DNA of 64,000 bases from Hemiscyllium ocellatum. Its lineage: Eukaryota. Positions 36,200 through 49,700 of the stretch are shown in pieces. Positions within the stretch are counted from its first letter, which is position 1. Each line of letters starts with the position of its first letter. The stretch is from positions 103,641,164 through 103,705,163 of the forward strand of contig NC_083406.1 of NCBI RefSeq assembly GCF_020745735.1, given 5' to 3'. The position numbers were made by a program, and so were the translations under genes. Under the pieces are notes generated by a model. It was not told where the DNA came from and ran no database searches. It worked only from the letters and a program-made list of their open reading frames with translations.

Positions 36200-38060
36200 T
36201 TCATTGTGGTGCACAAGAAAGCCATTTTGCCCATCATGCTTTCACCAGTTCTATCACCTCTCCTGCTTTTCCCCATAACCCAGCATACTTTTCTATCCAA
36301 ATATTCATCCAATGCCCTCTTGAATGTCTTAATTGAACCAGACTCCACCACATTTCCTAACAACTGGCTGTGAAAAAGCTTTTCTCACATCACTTTGCTT
36401 CATTTGCACAGCTGTTTAAATTTATGCCCTCTCATTCTTGTTTTCTGTTACATTATAGGAAAGATGTGAATGTACTGGGGACTTGCAAAAGCTGTATTCT
36501 GTCCAGTTCATGCATGGATTTGAAACATCTGTCAAATCTGCCCTCAGCCACTTTCTCTTCATGAGAAACAGCCCCACCTTCTTCAATCTATTTTGACAGG
36601 CTCTTGTGATACCTCTGAGCCAGGTGGCCTGGGTTCAATTCCCACCTGCTGTGTCATAATATCTCTGAAAGGTTGATTAGAAAATATCCATTCTCATAAC
36701 TGAAGTTTCTCATTCCTGGAATCATTCTTGTAAATTTTTTCTGCACTCTCCTCAGTGCTTTCACATCTTTCCTAGGATGTGGCACCCACAACTGTATCCA
36801 ATACTTCAGCTGAGGTCTAACAGTGTTTCGTACAGGGTCAACATTATCTCTTTGCTCTTGTCTATGCCCTTATTAATAAAGTCAAGAATACTGTATACTT
36901 TATTCTCTGCTCCCTCCACCCATGCTGCCACTTTCAATGGTCTGTGCAAATATACACTCAGGTCCCTCAGCATCACCTTTAGAACTGTATAACCTATTTC
37001 ATATTGTATTTCAATGTTCTTCCAAGCAAAGTGCATCACTTCTTACTTATCTGCATTGAATCTCATCTGCAACCTATCTGCCCACTCCACCATTTTGTCA
37101 ACATCCATTTTGGGTTCCACACTGTTCTCCTCACAGTTTATAATTCATTCAACTTTTCTGTCATCTGCAATCGTTGAAATTGTCCCTGGCAGGCAGATTG
37201 CAGATTACCAGGAAAAACAAGGGACCTAATACTGACCCCGGGGGATTCCTGTGCAAACCCTCCCCCAGCCATCAGTGTTGCTACTGTCCTACGACCTATA
37301 ACTTTCCTCTCAAGTCTGTTGAGTGACATTGTTTTAAATGCCTTCTGGAAATCCATGGATAGGACATCAATTGTGTGACCCTCATCAATCCTTACAGTTA
37401 CCTTTTCAAAAAATTCCAGCTAGTTGGTTAAACACAATTTCTCTTTTGAAATCCATGCCGACTCTCCATAAACAACTGTCATTTTTCCGTGTGCTTACTA
37501 ATTCTATCATACATAATTATTTCCAGAAGTTTCCTCCACCAACAAAGTTAAATGAACTGGTCTGTATTCCTGGAATTATCTTTACAACTCTTTTTGAACA
37601 AGGCAATAATATTTGTAATTGTCCAGTCTTCTGGCACCTCCTGAGTCCAGGGAAGACTGTAAGATTATGGCCCGTGCCCATACAATTCCTACTCTTGCTT
37701 CCTTCAAAATTCTTGGATGAATTCTCATCTGAACCCAGTGCCCTGTCAACTTTAATTACCAACAATCTATCCAAAACTTCTTCCTTATTAATTTGGAACT
37801 TTTCTGGTGACAGAATTTCCTTCTCTGTCACCATAGCCTGGGTAGCATCCTTTTCTTTTGTAAAGACAGATGCAAAGTGTTCATTGAACACCTCAGCCAC
37901 AAGCCCCTGCCTCCGTGTCTAAATCCCCTTTTGGATCTCTCATTGGCCCTACTCCTCCTTTAACCACTCTCTTACCATTTGAATGCTGAGAGAAGAATTT
38001 ATGATTTCCCTTTCGGTTATCTGGTAAACATTCCTCATTCTGCCTCTTTGCTCCTCTTAT
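36200..38060 (-). mobile_element. Decayed CR1 ORF2 and 3' end
   Basis: MAEVFNEHFASVFTKE, MDFQKAF, LTLYETL and FKRALDEYLD remnants in the ORF track. Confidence 0.8.
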
Positions 38061-38088
38061 TTGTTTTTTTTTAAATTAGACTTTTTTT

Positions 38089-38379
38089 TTAGATTAGACT
38101 TACAGTGTGGAAGCAGGCCCTTCGGCCCAACAAGTCCACACCGACCCGCCGAAGCGCAACCCACCCATACCCCTACATTTACCCCTACCTACACTACGGG
38201 CAATTTAGCATGGCCAATTTACCTGACTGTGGGAGGAAACCAGAGCACCCGGAGGAAACCCACGCAGACACAGGGAGAATGTGCAAACTCCACACAGTCA
38301 GTCGCCTGAGGCGGGAATCGAACCCGGGTCTCAGGCGCTGTGAGGCAGCAGTGCTAACCACTGTGCCACCGTGCCGCCC
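38089..38379 (-). mobile_element. HE1-like V-SINE with complete head
   Basis: GGGCGGCACGGTGGCACAGTGGTTAGC..GGTTCGATTCC head, V-domain and tail. Confidence 0.93.
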
Positions 38380-39278
38380 ACGAAGTATCCACCAAGTAAA
38401 CCTTTGGTGTTTCTGTTGATATTGATTGTTTACTTTTTACTTATTTCTTCTTTTGTAATAAAACCCTGTCATTAAATCATGTCTTCCAGCTACATGTGAC
38501 TGTGTTGCTGTAAATGACCACCAGTTTAAAACAAAATGATGCATCAAACCTCATTTCATTCTGGGATCTGACTTGTTCTGTGGCATGGAATCATAACAAC
38601 AGTTGTGTAATGCTTTGGAGGAATATTGTCTCTTTTACATTCTTACTGCATTTTCATGTTCCAAACTGCACTTCAGAATAACTAACACCTGCCACCCCCA
38701 AGGATGCGTCAACATTAAGTTCCACTCATACCATGAGTAACAATGGTGGAAAGTACTCTCTTTTCACTATGTGACTAGAATAGAAGTTAATTGATAGTAA
38801 ATCATTTATATTTCATGGAAAATATGAGTTAAATGTAAATTTATAATTTTTAAATCGCTGTCATGAGTCACAAAGCTCACTTGGGTGGCATCGTGGCAAT
38901 TCTATGAGCAATATAGCTTCAACCAGCTAGTTACTTTCAAATTGGAAAATTATAACAAAATAGTGCTGATCTCCATTTTATGTTTAACCCTTGCCTCAAG
39001 TTCAGGATGTGGAACTTCAGTTACAGACGGAACGTTTAGGAAGATTGGAACACAACTACTAGGAAAAGCTTTGAGATCCAGTTGTTGGTTCAAATATAAA
39101 TTCTATGTGAAGATTTTAAACGTTGTATAAAATCAAGTAGGTAAATACTTACATCTTATTCTAACCACTGAACATTTGGGTAACATGATCTGATCACACA
39201 GTTTCAGCTTGAATTGTTAATTTAATGTCTAATGAACTGAGATGAGTTCTTTGAGGAGGTAGTCATGTACTTCATTTT

Positions 39279-40365
39279 GAGAGAGAGAGAGTAGCTTTTT
39301 ATTTGTCATTTCTATCATATACAACTGATACAGTAAAAATGAGACAGTGGTCCTCCAGGACCGAGGGTGCTGCATGGGCAGCACAGATTGCACACTCATA
39401 CACAGCATAAAGCGCAGAAGTGCAAAACACACAAGTTACAGTGTAATAGAAGAATGATGAATAATAGACATTTTTCCAGCAGTAATTCAAAGTCGTGCAA
39501 AGAATTTCAGATGGGAAAGAGTGCGATCATATTATGTTAAGGAGCTTGATGGCTTGAGGAAAGAAACTGTTGAACAGTATGGTTGTGAGAGACCAAATGC
39601 TGTGGTATCTTCTGCTAGATGGCAGGAGGGAATGAGTTTGAGTGAGGGGTGTGTAGGGACTTCCACAATGCTGTTAGTCTTTTGGATGCAGCGTGTGGTG
39701 TAAGATCTGTAATGGAGAGAAGAGAGACCCCGATGATCATCTCAGCTGTCCTCACTATCCATTGTATGGTCTTACGATTCAAAACAGTGCAATTCCTGAA
39801 CCAGGCAGTGATGCAGCAGCTCAGGGTACTCTCAATGAACCCTCTATAGAATGTGGTGAGGATGGGGGTGGGAGGTGGGCTTTTCTCAGCCTGTGCAGAG
39901 AGTAGATACACTGCTGGGCTTTTTGGGCTATGGGGCTGGTGTTGAGGGTGCAGGTGAGATTCTCCACCAGGTGTATGCCAAGAAATTTGGTGCTCTTCAC
40001 GTTCTCCATGGGGGAGTCATTGATGTCCAGCAGAGAGTAGTCACTCCGTGTCCTCCTGAAGTCAACAACCATCTTTTTCGTTTTGTCCATGTTCAGAGAC
40101 AGCTTGTTGGCTCTGCACCAGTCCATTAGCCACTGCAACTCCTCTCTGTGTGCTGATTCATCGTTCCTGCTGATGAGATGCACTACAGTCATGTCATCAG
40201 CGAACTTGATGATGTGATTCAATCTGTACATCACTGCACAGACATGTGTCAGCAGGGTGAACAGCAGTGGACTGAACACTCAGCCCTGGGGGGCCCCTGT
40301 GCTCAGTGTGTTGGTGATGCTGTTCCCAATCCGGACTGACTGAGGTCTCCCAGTCAGAAAAATCC
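39279..40365 (-). mobile_element. Rex1/Babar-clade LINE 3' fragment
   Basis: APQG..SPLLFTLLTH..IIKFADD.TVV..ISRNDESA.REE..WCRAN.LSLN..KTK.MVVDFRR, then FYRGFIESTLSCCITAWF; AATAAA plus (TC)n tail. Confidence 0.88.
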
Positions 40366-40469
40366 AGGATCATAAGGTAGTCTATGGATAGTGTATTTAT
40401 TCAATACCAGAAGACATGCAACAAGAGACATAAGAGACTATTAACAAAGAAATCAAAGTGCATGGATGT

Positions 40470-42347
40470 GGAGGCAACCTATATAGCTTGACATATTTAT
40501 ATTCTCAGAATCATACCTGTTAGACAATGTCCTAGACAACACCATCACCATTCCTGAATATGTACTGTCCCACCAGCAGGACAGACACAGCAGAGGTGGT
40601 GGCTCAGTGGGATACAGTTGGGAGAGAGTCACCGCAATCTTCATCCAGAAGTGCCAAGTTGATAATCCATCTTGGCTTCCTCTAGCAGTCTCCAGCATCA
40701 CAGATACCAGTCTTCAGCCACAAAAACAGAAATTGCCAGCAAAACTCAGCTGGTCTGGCAGCATCTGTGGCGAAAAATCAGAGTTAACATTTTAGGTCCA
40801 GTGATCCTTCTACAATACGATCTTTGGCCAATTCGATTCACTCCATGTGATATCAAGAAGTGGTTGGAGGCATTGGACACTGCAAAGGCTTGACAATATT
40901 CCAGCAATAGTCCTGAAAACTTGTGCTCTAGAACTTGCCACTTCCCCAGCCAAGCTGTTCCTGTACAATTACAGCACTGGCATCAACCCAACAACGTGGA
41001 AAGTTGCCAGGGTATGTCCTGTAAACAAAAAGCAGGACAAATCCTACCCGGCCAATTACCGTCCCATCAATGTACTCTTGATCGTTAATAAAAAGCTGGA
41101 AGGTGTCATCAACAGTTCTATCAAGTAGCACCTGCTCAGCAGTAACCTGCGCAGTGATACTGTTTGGGTTCTGCTAAAGTGACACAGCTCCTGCCCTTAT
41201 TACAGCCTTCATTCAAACTTACACAAACTTACCTCTGAATTCCAAAGGTGAGGAGAGCATGACAGGCCTTGACGTTAAGGCTGCATTTGACTGAGTGTGG
41301 CTTCAAGGAGCCCTAGCAAAACTGGAATCAATGGGTATCAGGGGAAAACTCTCAGGTGGTTAGAGTCATACCTGACACATAGGAAGGTGGTCGTGGTTGT
41401 TGAGGTCAGTCATCTCAGCTCCAGGACATCTCAGCAGGAGTTCCTCAGGGTAGTGTCCTGGCTCCAACCATCTTCAGCTGCTTCATTGATGACCTATCCT
41501 CTGTCATACGTTCAGAAGTGAGGATGTTCACCAAGGATTGCTCAACATGTAGCATGATTCGTGATTCCTCTGGTACTGAAGCAGTCCATGATCAAAATAC
41601 CACACAAATGGCAGGCAATGACCATCTCCAATAAGAGACACTCTAATCACTGCCCTTTTGTCATTCAATGGTGTTACCATCACTAATCCCCCCACTATCA
41701 ACATCCTTGGAGTTACCATTGACCAGAAAGTCAACGTGACCCGTCATATAAACACAGTGGCTACAAGAACAGGTCAGATGCTAGAAATATTGTGGTACCT
41801 AACTCACTTCCTGACTCACTCCTGACACCATCTTCAAGGCAAATGTTAAAAATGTGATGGAATACTCCCCACTTGCCTGGATGGGTGTAGCTCCAACAGC
41901 ACTCAAAAAGCTTGACATCATTCAGGACAAAGCAACTCACTCAATTGGCACTAAGCATCCATTCTCTCCACCACTGACCATTAGCAACAGTGCGTCCTAG
42001 CTACAAGAAAGAAACTACTACAGAAATTCACCAAGGATCATCAGATAGCACCTTCCAAACCCATGACCACTTCCACCTAGAAGGACAAGGAACAACCATC
42101 ACCTGCAAATTCTCCTCCAAGCTACTCAGCATCCAGACTTGGAAATATATCACTGTTCCTTCATGGCTGTTGGGTCAGAATCCTGGAAATGCCTTCTTAA
42201 GGGCATTATGGGCCAGCCTACAGCATGTGGACTGCAGTGGTTCAAGAACACAGCTCACCAGTACCTTCTCAAGGACAACTAGGGATGAACAATAAAAAAT
42301 ACTGACCAGCCAGCAATGTGAACGTCCCATAAGTGAATTAAAAAAAG
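40470..42347 (+). mobile_element. Internally deleted, decayed EN/RT LINE (CR1-group or RTEX-like; clade uncertain)
   Basis: DIFIFSESYL..TITIPEY...QDR..RGGG (EN); WKVARVCPV.KK..NYRPI; LDVKAAFD.VW; GVPQGSVL; A-rich 3' end at about 42340. Confidence 0.8.
40720..40812 (-). mobile_element. Penelope-type mini-element nested in the LINE
   Basis: AAAACAGAAATTGC...GGTCTGGCAGCATCTGTGG...GTTAACATTTTAGGTCCAGTGATCCTTC, with similar flanks TCTTCAGCCA / TCTTTGGCCA. Confidence 0.6.
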
Positions 42348-43438
42348 AGCTTTCGGGAATGGCCAGAGGGCTTTGGTTAGCATGGGGCGAAGGGGTTGTA
42401 TTTTATGGTTTAATCTTTATTTTTAGCTTGGTAATTGATGGAAATTCCTGGAAACATCCAACTGGCCCATTCTATGGTCAATAACAGTCATTTTAATTCC
42501 AAGAGTAATTTTAAAAATTAAACAAGCATTGCCTTTTAAAAAGAAAGAATGTAGAATCTAACTTCATGCCTTTTTGGTATGTCATTTCATACTGAGAGTG
42601 CGCAGGGTGGAGATAGGGTATTCTGTGTACAGACACTGGTAATGATTAGGCTTGCACTCCCATTTTATTGACCCTGTTCACACTGTTTCATTTATAATAA
42701 TATTTTATTCTTGAAAGATGGTGGACTCCTGAAAATCTTCAGACCAATTTGGGGAGCTTGGCTCCCCAGTTGACAATCCTTGTTATTTGTAATTGTTTTA
42801 TTTTATTATGGATTGCTTGAGCTAAATCACGGTGGTGGGTACAAAACACAAGTGTGATGGATTTTTTTTAATGGACACGTCAGGGAAATAAGCTTTTGAA
42901 CTAATTTCAATTATTATTAGCTAGTCTATAATAGGTTTCCTCCATTCCTGAATTCTCCAATGGAAATTACACATGGCACAAATATAAGATTAATTACAGA
43001 TTTTACATGTGACCTGTTTGTTTTCCATTTTTCATTTGTTTGTCATTCCACCTTAAATATATATTTAGCTTTCTGGCAAAACATTTAATCAATTTAAAAC
43101 TATCATGCTACCATTATTTTAAAATTTGGTATGACCTAGCAGTCATACTGAATTACTCATTAGATGGTGACTTGTCAGAATCCTGCTGTAATTCCAAACA
43201 GATCTACAAATGGTAGAAATCCAAAACAAAACCATAATGGAGTTGTATAGCACTGTTTCCTCTCTTTAGAGGAGAATGACTACTCAAAAATGGAATCATA
43301 AAAAAAGTCTTATCAAATGAATCAATATTGTAAGCAGTGTTGACTATGCCCATCCCACTGGATAAGGAGGACCTTAAGCATACAAATGGGCATTGAGTGC
43401 TCTTTCTGCAGCCTTACATGCTGATTGACCAGCTGTAT

Positions 43439-43751
43439 GATTAGATTAGATTACTTACAGTGTGGAAACAGGCCCTTCGGTCCAACAAGTCCACACTGAC
43501 CCACCGAAGCGCAACTCACCCAGACCCAATCCCCTATATTTACCTCTTCACCTAACACTACAGACAATTTAGCATGGCCAATTCACCTAACCTATACATT
43601 TTTGGACTGTGGGAGGAAACCGGAGCAAACCCATGCAGACACGGGGAGAATGTGCAAATTCCACACAGTCAGTCGCCCTGAGGCGGGAATTGAACCCGGG
43701 TCCCTGGTGCTGTGAGGCAGCAGTGCTAACCACTGAGTGACTGTGCTGCCC
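43439..43751 (-). mobile_element. HE1-like V-SINE
   Basis: (AATCT)n tail, V-domain and head; flanking CTGTAT at 43433-43438 and 43756-43761. Confidence 0.93.
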
Positions 43752-44522
43752 ACCACTGTATATTTGTATAATTTTCTGGTTTTGGCTGTAGGATATACTT
43801 TCTGTTTTCAGTTAGGTGAATGTCATTGGTGATAAAGAGTTCCATATTATTATGGAACACTTTAGCTAAATAAAAGTGCAAAAACCTGTTATCATCCAGC
43901 TCTATGTTTGTTCAGTATTCGTCATGACTTAACATTGAGCAGCATATAGGGTTATGTAATCGCCTAGCTGGTGTTGGATACTGCATTCATGCTGGTGATA
44001 AAAGCCTAACTGATTTACCTTATTCAGTTAGAACTGACATTTTAGCTCTAATGAAAATCACAGAACAATTAGAAATTGTAGAATTAAATTTAATTGATTA
44101 AATTAACCACATGGATTTAAAAGCAATGCAATATTCAAAAGCACAATGGAAAAGGCTTTGAGTGTGGACAGTTAAGTATCCAATAGTGTAAAACTGGTTC
44201 ATCAGGTCAGACTGTGGGTTGAATCTTTACAAAAGTGTGAATTTTGGTGAGTTTCAGAAGGATTTCTAACCGTGAGTCCCAGCAGGTTTCCACATGCACT
44301 TTTATGTTGCTCATCTCATTGGTATGCACCATGTCTCCATAGTGCCATGCACGCACAATCTGAAACTCAGCAGCAGCAGCAGAACTGCTCAGTAGTGCCA
44401 CAATCTTCCAGCATTCATTCCACTGACACCATATTCAGGCCCCAGCTAAACACCAGTTTTCCAACACCACAAGCCAGGAATTCTCCTTCCCAGTTCCAGT
44501 TTGCAAAGCATTTCCAAGGGAG

Positions 44523-45100
44523 ATGGCTCATAGAGGCAAACTGGCACCCTGTTTTGTGTACAGTGATCTGGAGGGCTTGGTTGCCAGGATGGTGCAAAGG
44601 TAGTGCATCTTGTCTCCCCAGGGTCACCAAAGGGCGCTGCCAGCCTGGTCTGTAGTTGCCAACAAGTATTTTTCGTAGACTGGATGGATGTCCAGTGGTA
44701 TAAGAAGATGGTTAATGACCATCTTCTGTGCTCCATAAGAGTAAGTGCCACCATTTTCTCTCTGTTACTTCACACTTCCTCTAACTACTACTTGCCAAAG
44801 CTCATGGACTATCCCTGCCTCTATTGCATGCACATCTTTCTTCATTTGTCCTCATCTATCATACTCCCCAGTCCCTTCTCCAGAAAACTAACCCTCCACA
44901 TCCTCTGTATTTCCTCTTCATTCACACAGAACCTTTCCTGCAGCTGTGCCAGTACTAACAGGTCATGTCAGCCACATTCATCTTAACCCCTCCCCTTGTC
45001 TCTCTTTTCAGGAGAAAATGACCTACAATAAATTTGAAAAGGACAAGGCATGTGCTGGGATGGCCAACATACTTCTCCTTACCCCCAGTGAGCTCATGTA
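44523..45100 (+). pseudogene. PIF/Harbinger Myb/SANT-like accessory gene remnant (2 exons)
   Basis: MAHRGKLAPCFVYSDLEGLV..VQR*..L.P...PAWSVVA..QWYKKMVND.L..IR, donor GTAAGT at 44741, acceptor ttttcag at 45011, then EKMTYNK.EKDK...G...ILLLTPSE. Resembles the Myb_DNA-bind_5/NAIF1 pattern. Confidence 0.6.
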
Positions 45101-45544
45101 GTGACCCTGTGACCTTAATGTCCCAGCAACCATGTTCAAGTTCATTGTGATGTGCTGCATCACTCCCCCATTACTAACACGGTGAATGCATTCTTAAGAT
45201 GCTCAAGCTTCTAAACTTTTTATGTTATCAGGAGACAGCAGATTCCCTCTCTTGTCTTCTGTCTCTTGGAAGAGATTAGCTTCTGCAGCCCTCTCCTCTA
45301 TCTCTGAGGAAGAAGTCAGTGATCACTCAAAGGAAGTACCGACAAAGCTATTTGACTGCTTTTCAGATGGACCTTATGCTTCAGTTATAATAAAAACTTT
45401 GGAAAAATGTAAAATTAAACTCCCAGAACTCTATAAATAAATTAATTAAATAAATTGATCAGATGTACTTAAAATCAGCTCTCTCAGAGGGTAGTGAATC
45501 TATGGAATTCTTTAACGTGGAGGTCTGGAGAGGCTGTGTTCTTA

Positions 45545-46505
45545 AGTCATAGAGTCATAGATTCACACAACAGGGAAACAGACCCTTTTGTCCAGCCAGT
45601 CCATGTTGAACATAATCTCAAACTGAACTAGTCCCACCTACCTGCTGTTGGACCATATCCCTCCAAACCTTTCCTATGAATGTACTGATTCAAATGTTTT
45701 TTAAATATAATGGTGCCCACATCAACCACTTCCTCAAGAAGTTCATTCCAGACGCAAACCACCCTCTGTGTAAAAAAAATTGTCCTTCCTGTCTTTTTAA
45801 ACCTCTCTGCTCTCACCTTAAAAATGTGCCCACTAGTGTTGAAATCGCCCATCCTAACAAAAAGACACCTACCATTAACTCCACCCATACCTCTCATTAT
45901 TTTATAAACTTCTATCAGGTCACCTGTCAACTTCTCTCGCTCTAAGGAAACATGGTCCTAGCCTATCCTCCTTTTCTTTATAACTCAAACTTTCCATACC
46001 TGGCCATCCTGGTAAATCTCTTCTGAACCCTCTTCAGCTTAATAATATCCTTCCTATGATTGGGTTCCCAGAACTGGATACACTATTCCAGAAGAGGCCT
46101 CACCAATGTCCTGTACAACCTCAACATGACTTCCCAGTTGCTATACTCAAAGGACTGAGCATTAAATGCCTTTTTAATCACCCTATCTATATGCGTCACA
46201 AACTTCAAAGAATTATGTATCTGAACTCCTGGTTCCCTTTGCTCTACAACACTACCCAAAGCCCGACCATTAATTGTATAAACCCTACCTTTGTTTGTTG
46301 TACCAAAATGCAATGCTTCACATTTATTCAGATTGAACTCCATTTGCCATTTTTAGCCCATTGACCCATTTGATCAAAATCCCTTTGTAATCTGAGAAAA
46401 CATTTTTCACTGTCTACTGTGTCACCAATTTTGGTGTCATACGCAAACTTACTAACCATGCTTCCTATATTCTCGTCCAAATCATTTACGTAAATGTCAA
46501 ACAAA
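45545..46505 (-). mobile_element. CR1 (HER1-like) 3' fragment
   Basis: SKFAYDTKIG, MEFNLNKCEALHFG, LYRTLVRPLLE, GDLIEVYKIM; (GACTCTAT) tail at about 45546-45562. Confidence 0.9.
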
Positions 46506-47104
46506 ATATGTTCAAAGCTGAGATAAACATTCTTTGCCTTGTGCCTATCGTAGCATAACATCTTGTCATGTTTGAATGTAGCATCATTAAACACTGTGAA
46601 GCCTTCCAAGTATTCTTAATGCTAACTTGTATTACACAACAGGAAGAGCGAGGACAGAACAATGCAAAAAGCTGCATTTTGTTTGGCACTAAACAGAGGC
46701 TGTTTGCCATTCCAGCATGAACACATTTGCTGTTAATGAATGATGACTTCACCCAACTCAGTTCCATTCAAAGTGGTTGTCAAATAACTCCTATCTGGCT
46801 TGTTGCAGCTGATGCATCATGGTGAAGGTGATTCTCCACCTGCAGAACATTCTCATCTTCCTCCTCAGAGGAGTTCTGCTTTGCACATAGCTTCTCATCA
46901 CCTTCCCTTTTGCTGGCTGCAGGTGACTAGTGCACAGTGATAGAGTTAAGGTTAGAGTACGGATTATGGTCAGGGTATGGGTATAACCTAGGGTAAGGTT
47001 ATGGGGCTCACCCTGTCAATAGAGTACTACAAGGTAACTCCAGGTCAATCCAAGTATGAGAACCTCAACTCAACTCAACTCAACCTCAACCACTACCTTG
47101 TCTG

Positions 47105-47225
47105 TCCGACAGTGGCCCTGCTTGAAGAATAGGCAGCATTGTATCCTTGTTGGGATTCAGTCAAGTGCATGTGCAATGGAATCATCAGTCATGAATGGAG
47201 AAGATTGCTTTTGTCCACAGCATTC
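47105..47225 (-). pseudogene. Harbinger (HARBI1-like) DDE transposase remnant
   Basis: VDKSNLLHS*LMIPL....TESQQGYNAAYSSSRATV matches the GDxGY..WLMTP...E..YN.AH..R..VE region. Confidence 0.55.
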
Positions 47226-48409
47226 ATCCTTGTAAGGCACTCAGCCCTTGGAATAAAGCAGGAGCCTCAGAATTATTAAAGCGATAGCCATCATGGCAAC
47301 TTACAACTTACCTGGCACAGATCTCTAAAGTTTGGTACCAATGGTCAGAGACAAGTTAGACAATGATTGAATGAAATCCTTTCCTATTAATGATCTTAAT
47401 CATATTATGACATGGAGCATTCAACACTTCGTCTATACTGTCTATTGTGCCCTGCACCCTTAAGGCTCCAGCAAATGACACTATTATGTTATGATGTTCC
47501 CAGCTGCCCTCATTCAGTGGTGGCACTTGCATTGTTCATTTGGATGAAATGGCATTGAAGCATCCTACATTTTCTCTGCATCCTAAGGGACCTTCTGTGG
47601 CAAATTCATCAACTGGAGGTTGGTTGGCGACCCCAGAGGTTGCTGCTGGTCATCCTGGTCTTGCAATGCATCTGTTCTCCCTCAATTCCTGTGGCTGTTT
47701 ATAGGCACCAGCCACAATGTCAATAGCACCTGCCATGCCTGCATCTATTGGTGATGGTTCCAATCAGCTTATGTGGCAAATATCAGAAACCAAGCAGCAC
47801 CTTAGTATTGTGATCAGTCAGTAGTTGCAACACACAAAAATGATAACTTATATAGAAGCTTGATATGTTGTCACATGGTGTCTTCCAAGAAAGAGGACCA
47901 TTGGATGCAACCAGATGGACCTTTAATGTAATAGACCTTATTCAGGAGGAATTAGTAGTTGTGGGAGGATCAATGACACATTCTTCCCTGAACCCCAACA
48001 CCGAAGTAACCCAAGAAAGGCAGCTTTGTGTTTAGGAGAAGTACATTCAGGAGGTGGTGGTATTGTGATCATGTCACTGGACTCTGTTCTGTGGACCTGA
48101 GTTTGATTAGGTAGATGGTGAAATTTGAACTCAACAAAAATCACGAATGAAGAAAAATCTAGCCTAGGTAAGGATAGGTAAAGACCGAGTAAGGTTAGTC
48201 AATTTCCTCTCTGAAGGGCAGTGGTGAATCAGATGGGATGTTTTTTGCTTATGTGGTTGCCATTAGCCCCATATTACCAGAATATTAAACTGGGGTTCAT
48301 TTCCACTACATCACCACCTCCCCACATACAGTGTGCTTTTCACCGAAGTTGCTGGCACATGCAATAGGTGTGATAATGAGATAACATAATGCCATACAGC
48401 AACCTCGCT

Positions 48410-49700
48410 CTTGATTGATCACAGAATTTGTGTACAAGGAGGCCACTTGGCCCATCAGGTTTGCACCAGCTCTCTGAGCAGTTTAGCCTCATGCTAATCT
48501 CTTGCCTTTTTCCCACAGCCCTGTACATTATTTCTAGTTAAATAAACATCTAATGGCCTCTTAAATAATTCAGTTGAATCTGCCTCAACTACGCTTTTGG
48601 GCCATGCATTACAGATCCTAAATACTTCCTGCTTGAAAACATTTTTTTCTCCATATCATGTAGGAGCAGAAGTAGGCCATTTGGTTCATTGAGTCTACTC
48701 TGCCATTCAATTAGATTATGGTCAATCTGATAATCTTCAGCTTTCTGCCTTTTCCCTATAACCTTTGATTCCCTTCCTGATTAAAATCTATTTATTTCAG
48801 CCTTGAATATACTTAACAACCCAATCTCTACAACCCCTTGTAGTAAATAATTCTACGGATTCACTATCCTCTGAGAGAAGAAATTCCTTCTCATCTCTGT
48901 CTCAAATGGGTAAACCGTTGCTCTGAAATTATACTCTCTGGTCCTAAGCTCTCCTACAAGGAAAAGCAATCTATCCATATATACTCTGTCAAGCCCCCTA
49001 GAATCTTGTATGTTACAATAAGGTCATTTCTCATTCATTTAAATTCCAATGAATACAGGCCCAACCTGCTCAACCTCTCCTCATGAGACAGTCCCTCCAT
49101 GTTTTAGACATCAGCGAAGTGAACCTTGTCTGGACTGCCTTCAGTATGGGTATATATGAGATAAGGTGCCAAAAACTGTTCTCAGCTCATGTTTACCTTT
49201 TCAGCAAAACACTTTAAAACTGTGCCCTCTAGTTTATGAGTGGGAATAGTTTCTACCAATCCATTGCTTCTTGAATGCTCATGGTTTTGAAATATTTCTA
49301 TTAATTTTTTAAATTCAGTCCTGGGACAAGGCTGTCACTGGCTGTGCCAACATTTACTGCCTGTTTCAAATTGCTCTGGAGAAGTGGTAGAGAGCTGCTT
49401 CTTGAACTGCTGTGGTCCATGTGCTGTGGGTACACCCATGATGATGTTGTTGGGGTTGGAGGGGGGGGGGGGGTGCAAATCTCTTCTTACTTTCTCTTTC
49501 CCAGGGAAAACATTCCCAACCTCTCTAATATTTCCTTTTAACTGAAATGTCTCATCCCTGGTATGATCCTTTTACACCTCTTCTGCAATCTTTCCAATTC
49601 ATCCATATCCTTCCTGTAGTGTGGATTCTCCAGCTGAGTCTAACCATTATATAGATTCATCATAATGTCCCTGCTGCTATTTATGAAGTCTGGAGTACCA
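48410..49700 (-). mobile_element. Cluster of decayed CR1 3' ends
   Basis: GGAGCAGAAGTAGGCCATT tail at about 48662 and reverse-strand FFSQR.V remnants. Confidence 0.65.

Noticed and set aside
13872-43751. tRNA genes, or a small protein family (METGPSAQQVHT.../CGRKPEHPEETHADTG ORFs)
   Set aside because: All are SINE copies: tRNA-like heads run into the V-domain and tail, and the ORFs are incidental translations.
46943-47092. Interstitial telomere (GGTTAG-like and CTCAAC-like runs)
   Set aside because: No tandem TTAGGG units; it is low-complexity sequence within a transposon remnant.
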